Origin: Octopus bimaculoides
Taxonomy: Eukaryota
Assembly (NCBI RefSeq): GCF_001194135.2
Contig: NC_068981.1
Coordinates: 27,201,061 to 27,257,327 of the forward strand
DNA length: 56,267 bases
Reading direction: 5' to 3'
The position numbers were made by a program, and so were the translations under genes. Below are positions 1 through 10,154 of this stretch, piece after piece; within the stretch, counting starts at the first letter, position 1, and each line of letters opens with the position of its first letter. The notes under the pieces were generated by a model. The model searched no databases. It saw only the letters and a list, made by a program, of their open reading frames with translations, and was not told the DNA's origin.

Positions 1-311
1 TATATATATATATATATATATATAAACAATATATATATATATATGTATATATATATATCTTCATATATGTATATGATATGAGTCTATGTATATCCATGAG
101 TGTTTGTGTGTATGGGTGTAGTACGGTACATGTGTGTGTGCGCCTTTATGTATATATATTTTTTTTATATATGTATAATTACATGCAACCATGTACTTAT
201 ACACACGTTTACACATGTACATATCAATATGCATACGCATACGTATGCATACACACACACTCACACACACGCACGCATACATGCACACCCACACATATAT
301 ATATCAAATGC

Positions 312-349
<38 letters not shown>

Positions 350-761
350 TAACGTAGGTAATCTCATCACACGTACACACTAACACGTGCACTCATATAT
401 GTATATGATATATTCACTCATAAGTAAACATACGTATATGTGAAAATACGTTGCTTATTAAATTTCAGCATTGCACACATAGCATTTAATTGTATTATAG
501 ATATATTTTTAGGAAAATTTCGATATGTTTAGCAAGTATATCGCTTGGCTGAATATTTATATGTAAATAGATATGTGTGTATGCAAGTGTAAATACATCA
601 ATATATAGAGAGATAGATATGTATCTGTCGAAGTATGTGTTTGTGCTTATGTACGTGGTTATGCGTGTATCCCTAGCCGAGTGGAATTCTGAACAGAAAA
701 ACATAACGGGTTAGTATAGCATAATACATGACTAACTTTATGTACGGAAAGAGCTTCTTAC

Positions 762-883
762 CCAGCTGAAATGTAATACATCAATCGGTGACAGATATAC
801 AACTGTAGGAACAGCTGAATTATTAGTAGTAACGGAGATAGAAGTTCAAACGTATGTACGTACGAATCAAGAATTGTGGTTTG
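762..883 (-). CDS. Candidate 122-nt exon (an overlapping plus-strand alternative exists at 766-851)
   Basis: Acceptor ccgctttatcag and donor GG|gtaaga; phase-0 frame is open (QTTILDSYVHTFELLSPLLLIIQLFLQLYICHRLMYYISA). Confidence 0.15.
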
Positions 884-1264
884 CTGATAAAGCGGATTTT
901 AATTACCACGTTACGAAAGCAAAACTTTACATAAAAAAAACCTACATGTATAAGAATATAACCGTGTAAATCTAATTATCAGTCTATTTGTCTACATATC
1001 TATTTATCAGTGTATGTGTCTATCTATTTATCTATATATGTACCTATATACTTTTACACATAAATATATATGTACACACGTACACAAACATACTTGTATA
1101 GATAGAGCGTATATTGCATGTATGTTTATGAATGTTTGTAACAGCTTTATTACATAGTACAAATAACTTTAACACGAGAGATGTAAACTGCAAGCGTGTA
1201 TGTGTGTGTGTGTGTGTGTGTGAATATATGTATGTACAAATGAGGGTATGCGTGGACGGTGGAA

Positions 1265-1326
<62 letters not shown>

Positions 1327-1499
1327 AAGGCACATAAGTGTGTGTCTGTGCCTGTGTGCATACAGCCATGCATTCATTCTGAACAAGTGTGCATGTCATC
1401 GTGTATTTATTTCAGCGCTGCATACATAGAAAATGTTATATTCAATATTACACATAATGTAATTTCAAATGATGACAGACACACAGACACAGATACACG

Positions 1500-1530
<31 letters not shown>

Positions 1531-1751
1531 ACACGCGCGCACAGACATAGGCACACACGAACACACAAGCCTACACGGGACAAACACACACCTGTTCTGT
1601 GCATGAAATGCGAGACAGTTCGCAGTACAAACGCTATATATAAGTGTTCATCTATTATGTATATGTGTCTGTATGAATACGTATATGTGCGTGTTTTGTG
1701 TTTGATTGGTTGCGTGTGCGTGTGCGTATGTTTGTGTATGGGTGTGTGTGA

Positions 1752-1788
<37 letters not shown>

Positions 1789-1823
1789 TACGTGTTAGAT
1801 TGAGTAAATACTATCACACTTAC

Positions 1824-1854
1824 CTCCTCAAATATTGCCGGAAAATGACCATTT
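1824..1854 (-). CDS. Candidate 31-nt micro-exon
   Basis: Consensus donor GAG|gtaagt and acceptor attcattcatacatag; open as NGHFPAIFEE. Confidence 0.2.
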
Positions 1855-2031
1855 CTATGTATGAATGAATATATGTTTGTACGAATGTATGTATGTATGT
1901 ATGTATGTATGTATGTAGCATATACATGTAGGGACATAATCTTCGGTGAATTTACGTCGGGTCTCCTCAAATATACATACATGCACGCACACAAACGCGC
2001 ACAAATGTATAAACATAGAGCGACGTGTGTG

Positions 2032-2067
<36 letters not shown>

Positions 2068-3066
2068 NNNNNNNNNNNNNNNNNNNNNNNNNNNNNNNNN
2101 NNNNNNNNNNNNNNNNNNNNNNNNNNNNNNNNNNNNNNNNNNNNNNNNNNNNNNNNNNNNNNNNNNNNNNNNNNNNNNNNNNNNNNNNNNNNNNNNNNNN
2201 NNNNNNNNNNNNNNNNNNNNNNNNNNNNNNNNNNNNNNNNNNNNNNNNNNNNNNNNNNNNNNNNNNNNNNNNNNNNNNNNNNNNNNNNNNNNNNNNNNNN
2301 NNNNNNNNNNNNNNNNNNNNNNNNNNNNNNNNNNNNNNNNNNNNNNNNNNNNNNNNNNNNNNNNNNNNNNNNNNNNNNNNNNNNNNNNNNNNNNNNNNNN
2401 NNNNNNNNNNNNNNNNNNNNNNNNNNNNNNNNNNNNNNNNNNNNNNNNNNNNNNNNNNNNNNNNNNNNNNNNNNNNNNNNNNNNNNNNNNNNNNNNNNNN
2501 NNNNNNNNNNNNNNNNNNNNNNNNNNNNNNNNNNNNNNNNNNNNNNNNNNNNNNNNNNNNNNNNNNNNNNNNNNNNNNNNNNNNNNNNNNNNNNNNNNNN
2601 NNNNNNNNNNNNNNNNNNNNNNNNNNNNNNNNNNNNNNNNNNNNNNNNNNNNNNNNNNNNNNNNNNNNNNNNNNNNNNNNNNNNNNNNNNNNNNNNNNNN
2701 NNNNNNNNNNNNNNNNNNNNNNNNNNNNNNNNNNNNNNNNNNNNNNNNNNNNNNNNNNNNNNNNNNNNNNNNNNNNNNNNNNNNNNNNNNNNNNNNNNNN
2801 NNNNNNNNNNNNNNNNNNNNNNNNNNNNNNNNNNNNNNNNNNNNNNNNNNNNNNNNNNNNNNNNNNNNNNNNNNNNNNNNNNNNNNNNNNNNNNNNNNNN
2901 NNNNNNNNNNNNNNNNNNNNNNNNNNNNNNNNNNNNNNNNNNNNNNNNNNNNNNNNNNNNNNNNNNNNNNNNNNNNNNNNNNNNNNNNNNNNNNNNNNNN
3001 NNNNNNNNNNNNNNNNNNNNNNNTATACATGTATGTATGTATAAATATGTACATACATACATACAA

Positions 3067-3278
3067 GGTGGCGAGCTGGCAGAATCGTTAGCACGCCGGG
3101 CGAAATGCTTAGCGGTATTTCGGCTGACATTACGTTCTGAGTTCAAATTCTGTCGAGGTTGATTTTGTCTTTCATCCTTTCGGGGTCGATGAATTAAGTA
3201 CCAACTGCGTACTGGGGTCGATCTATTCGACTGGCCTCTCTCCCCCAAAATTTCGGGCCATGTGCCCAGAGTAGAATT
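3067..3278 (+). mobile_element. tRNA-derived SINE, family A
   Basis: GGCGAGCTGGCAGAATCGTTAGC head (A-box-like), GAGTTCAAATTC B-box-like motif; the body is shared with many other copies in the window. Confidence 0.9.
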
Positions 3279-4728
3279 ATATACACATATACATATATAT
3301 GTATGTTGTATGTATGTAAGTATATCTATAGATGTATAAATGTCTATATGTAGGCACATATATGTACATAACGGTATATACATATATAAATTCATATATT
3401 AATATGCATACATGAACATAACTTCATATGCGTACATACACATACACACATTTATTTATCTATGTTTTTATGTTGAAGTAAGAACGTCATATACAGACGG
3501 AAGATACGTGTGGAAGATGCTGCATTTCTCTATCCGTATTTGTTTGTGCGGTCGCAAGTGTGTGCATGTTTCTAGTTGTGTCTGGGAAAGAGTATATTCA
3601 ATATTTTTGTCCAAAATGAAATTTTGAGAAACACGAATATATATTATAAATTATCCAGAATCGAAGATTTTTCCGAAATAAAAAGACCAGCATGAAATAT
3701 TTACATGCGGGTGCGTGTGTGTATTTATGTGTGTGTATACATGTATATATATATATATATATATATNNNNNNNNNNNNNNNNNNNNNNNNNNNNNNNNNN
3801 NNNNNNNNNNNNNNNNNNNNNNNNNNNNNNNNNNNNNNNNNNNNNNNNNNNNNNNNNNNNNNNNNNNNNNNNNNNNNNNNNNNNNNNNNNNNNNNNNNNN
3901 NNNNNNNNNNNNNNNNNNNNNNNNNNNNNNNNNNNNNNNNNNNNNNNNNNNNNNNNNNNNNNNNNNNNNNNNNNNNNNNNNNNNNNNNNNNNNNNNNNNN
4001 NNNNNNNNNNNNNNNNNNNNNNNNNNNNNNNNNNNNNNNNNNNNNNNNNNNNNNNNNNNNNNNNNNNNNNNNNNNNNNNNNNNNNNNNNNNNNNNNNNNN
4101 NNNNNNNNNNNNNNNNNNNNNNNNNNNNNNNNNNNNNNNNNNNNNNNNNNNNNNNNNNNNNNNNNNNNNNNNNNNNNNNNNNNNNNNNNNNNNNNNNNNN
4201 NNNNNNNNNNNNNNNNNNNNNNNNNNNNNNNNNNNNNNNNNNNNNNNNNNNNNNNNNNNNNNNNNNNNNNNNNNNNNNNNNNNNNNNNNNNNNNNNNNNN
4301 NNNNNNNNNNNNNNNNNNNNNNNNNNNNNNNNNNNNNNNNNNNNNNNNNNNNNNNNNNNNNNNNNNNNNNNNNNNNNNNNNNNNNNNNNNNNNNNNNNNN
4401 NNNNNNNNNNNNNNNNNNNNNNNNNNNNNNNNNNNNNNNNNNNNNNNNNNNNNNNNNNNNNNNNNNNNNNNNNNNNNNNNNNNNNNNNNNNNNNNNNNNN
4501 NNNNNNNNNNNNNNNNNNNNNNNNNNNNNNNNNNNNNNNNNNNNNNNNNNNNNNNTATATATATATATATATGTATATACATACATACACACATACATAC
4601 ATACGTACATACGTACATATAAGCAATAATAAATCTCTGACCGATATGTAAACAGTAGCAGGAAATTTTAGAGTATATGTGCCACCTAAATGTGGCTCAC
4701 CCATATAGTATTTTGGTTTTGAAATCGG

Positions 4729-4823
4729 TTCTCATCCCTAGCCGCTGATTGTCACACGCTGATGACGGGTTACTACCCAGAAACTCGCATCCGTGTGTAT
4801 CACGAAAGGCTAGAGATGGGAAC
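4729..4823 (+). ncRNA. Type I hammerhead-ribozyme-like motif (probably mutated)
   Basis: Order is cacacg, CTGATGA (4759-4765), c-gggt-tact-accc-a, GAAAC (4780-4784), tcgc, ATC, cgtgtg. Stem I extends outward via tgat/atca and a 16-bp helix (4729-4744 with 4808-4823; one mismatch, one G-U). Confidence 0.6.
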
Positions 4824-4903
4824 TATGTTTTCCTTTCGCTTATACTACTCGGACACAGATAGTCTGCCGTTAGCCAGCTGGAGGACATGTCTTCCTGGGG
4901 CTA

Positions 4904-4973
4904 TAAGCAGTAACATCGTCCCCTATGGGTCAGCCAAATTTAGGCGGCAAATATACCTCACATATATATTTAC

Positions 4974-5020
<47 letters not shown>

Positions 5021-5107
5021 TGTGTGAGTGTGTATGCGTAAATATACATGTGAAGTATACTTGCCACCTAAAGTGGTATGACACATAGGGGATGATTCTA
5101 CTGTTTA
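4904..5107. mobile_element. MITE-like element: 53-bp terminal inverted repeats around a (TA)/(TG) microsatellite
   Basis: 4904-4956 and 5055-5107 are reverse complements at 42/53 positions, with CAGTA near the tips (Tc1/mariner-like). A partial third TIR copy lies at 4673-4705. Confidence 0.65.
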
Positions 5108-5515
5108 TATATATATATATATAAGTGCGTGTGTGTATGTAGGTGTGTGTGGGTGTGTGTATGCATGCACATACAAATGTATATCTATCTATCTATCTAT
5201 ATATATATATATGTATATAAATACATACATATATTTCATGTATGTGGGACCTTCTTTTGTCAGTCAAGTTACCATATATTCTAACAGTTTCAAACAGTTA
5301 CACTTTAGATGTTCGATTTGCTTGCTCCCCACCTCCACCACCCCCCAAAAAAAAATCTAAGCATTACAGTTTTTGCAAGAAAGCTAGCGAATGTGTGCGA
5401 CAACAACGACAAAAAACGGAAAAGATGGTAAAGGTAATTACCAGATCAGCAACATGTATTACAGCCAGTATTTACATATATTTCATATATACTTTATATA
5501 TACATGTATATATAT

Positions 5516-5550
<35 letters not shown>

Positions 5551-5796
5551 GTTTATTCTTATACATGCATATAATGATATATATATATACACATATATAA
5601 ACATGCATATGTACATATGTAATATACGATATAATTATAAGCAGGGAAATGTGTTCATCTATTTCTCCGCAGACTTAAAAAAGTGAAGAACCTTAATTGA
5701 TTTTCGAACCTTATTCTGTACTCATCAGAGACTAAATTGTGACAGTCTCGAGAGAAAGGAACCAAAGTGTTTATATACTAATATAAATCTATAAAG

Positions 5797-5883
<87 letters not shown>

Positions 5884-5955
5884 CACACANNNNNNNNNNN
5901 NNNNNNNNNNNNNNNNNNNNNNNNNNNNNNNNNNNNNNNNNNNNNNNNNNNNNNN

Positions 5956-5993
<38 letters not shown>

Positions 5994-6134
5994 TACATAT
6001 ATATACACTGATACATCTAAACACATAAGAGGTATGCATCATAGGATTCCTTGCACGCTAGAAAGAACAGCTAAGTTCCAAACCACTATAAGGGATAAAA
6101 TTTCGGAGGGATTGAAAACTAAAATATTTTTCTT

Positions 6135-6400
6135 TCCCTAACTAATGATTGGAAAGAAGGACAAATCGTAAAATTACCAAAAAAAAAAAAAAAAAAAANN
6201 NNNNNNNNAATTGTTGCGTAAAGAACAAGCCGGATTTAGGAAGAACTGTTCATGTGTAGATCAAATTGCCACTCTTCGCATCATCTTAGAGCAAAGCGCA
6301 GAGTGGAAATCACCGCTTTATATTAACTTTATTGATTTAGAAAAAGCATTTGATAGTGTAGATAAGGAGGGCTTATGGAAAATTAATGTGATAAAGCATT
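6135..6400 (+). mobile_element. RTE-like LINE reverse transcriptase fragment
   Basis: DWKEGQIVKLPKK before the 10-N gap, then LRKEQAGFRKNCSCVDQIATLRIILEQSAEWKSPLYINFIDLEKAFDSVD (QAGFR and FIDxxKAFDSV motifs). Confidence 0.85.
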
Positions 6401-6667
6401 TAAAATAAGCCCGCAGAATTTTCGGTCAAACTAAAGCGTTTGACCTAAGCAAAAAAAAAAAAATATATAAAACAAAAGTTAGTGTAATAGGTGTAAAAAA
6501 AAAAAAACTTGCTGTAAACGAATATGAAAAAAAAATGCGGGCTCACGAACGGGGTTGGAGGACTCGGAAAATTCAGAGGACTTGGAAAATTCACATCGTC
6601 AGACCTTGACCTTTAAACTCCAGTGTTTGACCCGAGGAAAAAAAAATGTCTGATAGTTGTACAACAA

Positions 6668-6683
6668 ACGAGGCATTTGTCTA
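6668..6683 (-). other. 28S rDNA R2 target-site remnant at the 3' junction of the R2 element
   Basis: Minus strand reads TAGACAAATGCCTCGT; the canonical 28S sequence immediately downstream of the R2 insertion site is TAGCCAAATGCCTCGT (15/16 identical). No other rDNA is seen in the window. Confidence 0.8.
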
Positions 6684-8580
6684 TTGCGAATATTGACTTT
6701 GCCAATTCTTTCCCTTTGATTATAGTGTGCGGTCCTTCTCATGCCTCGTCATTAGCGGCACGCACGAAAGCAGGCACTACAAAAAACTCATTCTTGGGGC
6801 GATTCCAACTGTCCCGCCAAGGGAACATATGAACCACCTATTTCGTCAATCCGGTATTATTGTCATATTTTATGATTTCAGTTACTCCTAGTCATCATAC
6901 AGGGATCCTGCCCGCAAGGTCCCTATGCTGAGAGCTAACTTCTAAGCATATTTTATGTGTGTAGCATAGCCGTCCTGCTGAGTAGTCGTCAGAATGACCT
7001 GTCCTTAATGTCCAAGGCATCTAGCGCCGCACTCGCAGGCCGGCACCAGGCACCACAGGCACCGATTATGAGTCCATGCACTTCTACCAGCCGATCAAAC
7101 TCTTGCAAAAGCAATGGTATGACCGGTCGATACGTGCACACTTTCTCAAGAGATGCCTATCTCAAGGCATCTCCGTGCCCCAACTGAACGGTCACGGCGA
7201 CTACTACTACTTTCTCAGGACGGCTAAAGACTAAGCTGGGCCACCCATCTATGAGAGTGCACCAGCTGGATGTCAGGTTCGTATTCGGTAGTGTCAGCAG
7301 GGAGCAACGGCAAGTCGAAGGAAGCTACTAATCGTTGATTCTGTTTGGCTAATCCCACAGAAACAGCAATCTTTTCACAGAGGTGTATCCCGACGTCAGA
7401 AGGTGTATATTACGGCGGATGACACATTTGGGGATCAGCCTCACCATCTGGTGAAAACTTAACCCGCCATCACGCCGGCTACTATATAGAAAGGAAGAAA
7501 TAGTGCCTGGAAGGTGAAGATACCATCTAACTCCTACATGGATGACTGTTAAGTCTCTCTTGAAGGCAGCACCTGCGTGAGACTATAAAATAGTCTCGAC
7601 AAATAGTACTCCTATAACAAGAGGAATTTCTGTCGGGGTTTCAGTGGAGCCCTGCTAATTTTATCGATATCCAGTGACACCTGCTCCACCGAATCTAAAC
7701 AAAATTCCCGACTCGAGCTCGAAGTCCATGTAGAAACATTAAATGCTAGGTAGGAAAGCACGTAGTCGTCGCCGTCATGCATGAAGCGTGAGGAGGCGAT
7801 GGGGCGACGTCCCGGCTGCGTGAGCGAAAGCATGTACGTGCACAGCAGTGACGACAGCTAGGCGCAGGCGAGAAAGGAACCGAACGTTTGAAGGTTAGAG
7901 GACGAATGAGCTGAACTGCGGCGGCTGCTGACGAGCGAGCTAGCGAAGCTACCGGGTTGCGAAGCATAGGATGACTGCGACAGCAAGGGTGAGGGCGCTC
8001 ACGTTAGGGTGGGCGAGGTGGCGGCGGAAAGTTTGGGGCACGCCGGATGTTTAGGGTCGAGACGCACGCGGTAGCGTGGGGCTACCCGTTGGCAGAATGG
8101 AGCGACGAGGACACTTCTTCCAGACAGTTACCCCTTCCGATCAGCAACAACCCTACATAATAGTATGGACCAGAGGGTCCATACTACTATGGACTTCCTG
8201 CGATTGTCATCTAGAGTGTGACTGTTCTACGTGGCGCATCCGGTGATTTCCCGGACACACCACGTCAGGGTATCGACCAAGTGGCTCACGCAGTCCCGCC
8301 AGTGACAGCCGCCAAGCTGCCAGCATCGGCTGCAGTAGCGTCCACGATGATGAGCGCATGAGCTCGAGCTTTCGTGCTGAAAGCACGATCGCGAGCACGA
8401 AAGCACGGAGATATCGGCGTATTGCAGTCGATGCAGGCAGCGCAGTGGAGAGGGCAACCGGCTGACTGGCGGTAACGACCACACCGTCTCGGCCCGGTCG
8501 GCGGGAGAGCTACGAGGCTGGCTGGCAGCGGCAGCATCGGACGCGGGACGCGGGTGGATGTGAAGGACGACACCGCGCCC
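6684..8580 (-). mobile_element. Internally deleted, decayed R2-clade non-LTR retrotransposon (zinc-finger/Myb remnants, RT-end/thumb, REL endonuclease C-terminus, about 250-nt 3'UTR)
   Basis: Minus-strand translations read SYLAFNVSTW...DIDKISRAPLKPRQKFLLL*EYYLSRLFYSL (7833-7561) and VRWYLHLPGTISSFLYSSRRDGGLSF (about 7530-7450). Further down they read VVVVAVTVQLGHGDALR*ASLEKVCTY...VEVHGLIIGACGAW...LLSRTAML (about 7215-6960). These match the R2 motifs APLKPQQ, WLHLP..GGLG and the REL domain. The upstream RDRAFSTKARAH resembles a degenerate CCHH finger. Stops and frameshifts are present, and most of the RT and the Zn knuckle are missing. Confidence 0.85.
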
Positions 8581-9600
8581 CTCCAGGCTAATGCTGAGTC
8601 CAAAAGTCTTGCAGGAAACAGAAATACGATTCATAAGTATTTGCATGACATCCATTGTATGAGTGACTAAGTCACAGTCATCTGCATAAAGGATGTTGTG
8701 AAAGAGACTGGAAAACTTTTGAACTGGCAGCAAATCGGCGCAGATTATAGAGGCGGCCAGTAGATCGATATCTGACATATATTCCCAGAGAGCTCACCTT
8801 AGCAAAAACATGAGTAAATCCTACCGCATTCTTTGGCGACAAGGAGGCGACTTTATATCTAGTATGGGCCGCCTACATGCAGGTCGCTGACTACATGTTT
8901 CCAACCCGTCAGGTCTGCATGCTTCACCACATTCCCATGGCCACAGGACTTCCGAATGAAAAGAAATGTACTAAAAATATATAAATATATATACTAAAAG
9001 TAAAATGAATATATATAGGGGAAAAAAACAAATAAACGCACATATCGAGCAGAGATCAGCAATAGCTGTGCAGAGTTTTAGATCCAATAAGGCTGGCACA
9101 ACACCTCATGGACCCTGTCCAACTCATAGACCCTGTCCACCTCATAGACCCTGTCCAACTCCATAGACCCTGTCCACCTCATAGTCCCTGTCCAGATACA
9201 AGCCGGAGCAAGATGTTTGGTGCCAATATGAGTCGCAGGTTCAGGGATGTGGGAGCGCCCTGATCTCTAGCACAAACCAAAGATCCTCAAAACGTCCAAT
9301 GCCATTCCCTGCATATCTGCTTTCATATCGAAGTGACATTCCACCAGAGACATGCTTGAACAGAAGCTTCGGGGTCCCACAATCCTAGTGGTCTTTCAGC
9401 ACGCCGGACAGCATTCCGGAATTTCTGCGTACCCGTGGTATTACTATATAGCCATGAGCCTACAGTAGGTTCATCCGACTTTTGAACAGGTCTTGTATTT
9501 CCGACCTTTCAACAGGTCCTGCTAGGTGTCTAGCAACTCCCCTCACAAAACTATCTGACAAGTGGGAACGTGAAACTCTGAGTAACAGGTTTTGTGATAT
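8581..9600 (-). mobile_element. Internally deleted RTE-clade LINE (putative 5' region, start of AP endonuclease, RT segment around YADD)
   Basis: 8790-8585 reads GIYVRYRSTGRLYNLRRFAASSKVF...ILYADDCDLVTHTMDVMQILMNRISVSCKTFGLSISL, typical of RTE/BovB-like RT. About 8860-8815 reads SRLLVAKECGRIY, resembling the RTE endonuclease N-terminus (RSALVARELAR). Assignment of 8950-9600 as 5'UTR is tentative. Confidence 0.7.
9104..9194. repeat. 18-bp minisatellite, 5 units
   Basis: (c/a)ctcatagaccctgtcca x5; the first base alternates c,a,c,a,c and unit 4 has a 1-nt insertion. Confidence 0.95.
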
Positions 9601-9698
9601 TTTTGTTGCTTTTTAATAAAGCATATTACTCTACCTCTGGTAATCGAGTACTATTTTTCCCACCTTGCTTCGCATTTACGTGCTTACTCTGGTGTGTG

Positions 9699-9741
<43 letters not shown>

Positions 9742-10114
9742 CCCCCTCACAACTGAATGGATAGAACGTCTTAGATACATGCAAATTTAAACTTACTAAT
9801 ACATACGTACAAGCAAACACAATCATATAAACACGTATACACACTCACATATATACGTATAATCTTAAAGTATACGCATATATACACTTATCCATCTACA
9901 CATATATATGTCTATTTTCGCAAACAACGATTAAAACTGAAATTTCTTTATACATATTCATATATATATATATACACACACATACACACACGCGCGCGCA
10001 TATATATATATATATAATATATNNNNNNNNNNNNNNNNNNNNNNNNNNNNNNNNNNNNNNNNNNNNNNNNNNNNNNNNNNNNNNNNNNNNNNNNNNNNNN
10101 NNNNNNNNNNNNNN

Positions 10115-10154
<40 letters not shown>

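Noticed and set aside
3067-3140. tRNA-like A/B boxes in SINE heads
   Set aside because: No complete cloverleaf; these are SINE promoters, not tRNA genes.
1407-4704. Very long ORFs (300-660 aa) here and at about 10700-13270, 17480-18100, 23600-24850, 28200-29160, 31200-32180 and 39300-40450
   Set aside because: They are open only because N runs and dinucleotide repeats lack stop codons.
8232-8249. TGGCGCATCCGG, resembling an LTR primer-binding site
   Set aside because: No LTRs or gag/pol, no convincing tRNA complement, and it lies within the R2 N-terminal region on the opposite strand.
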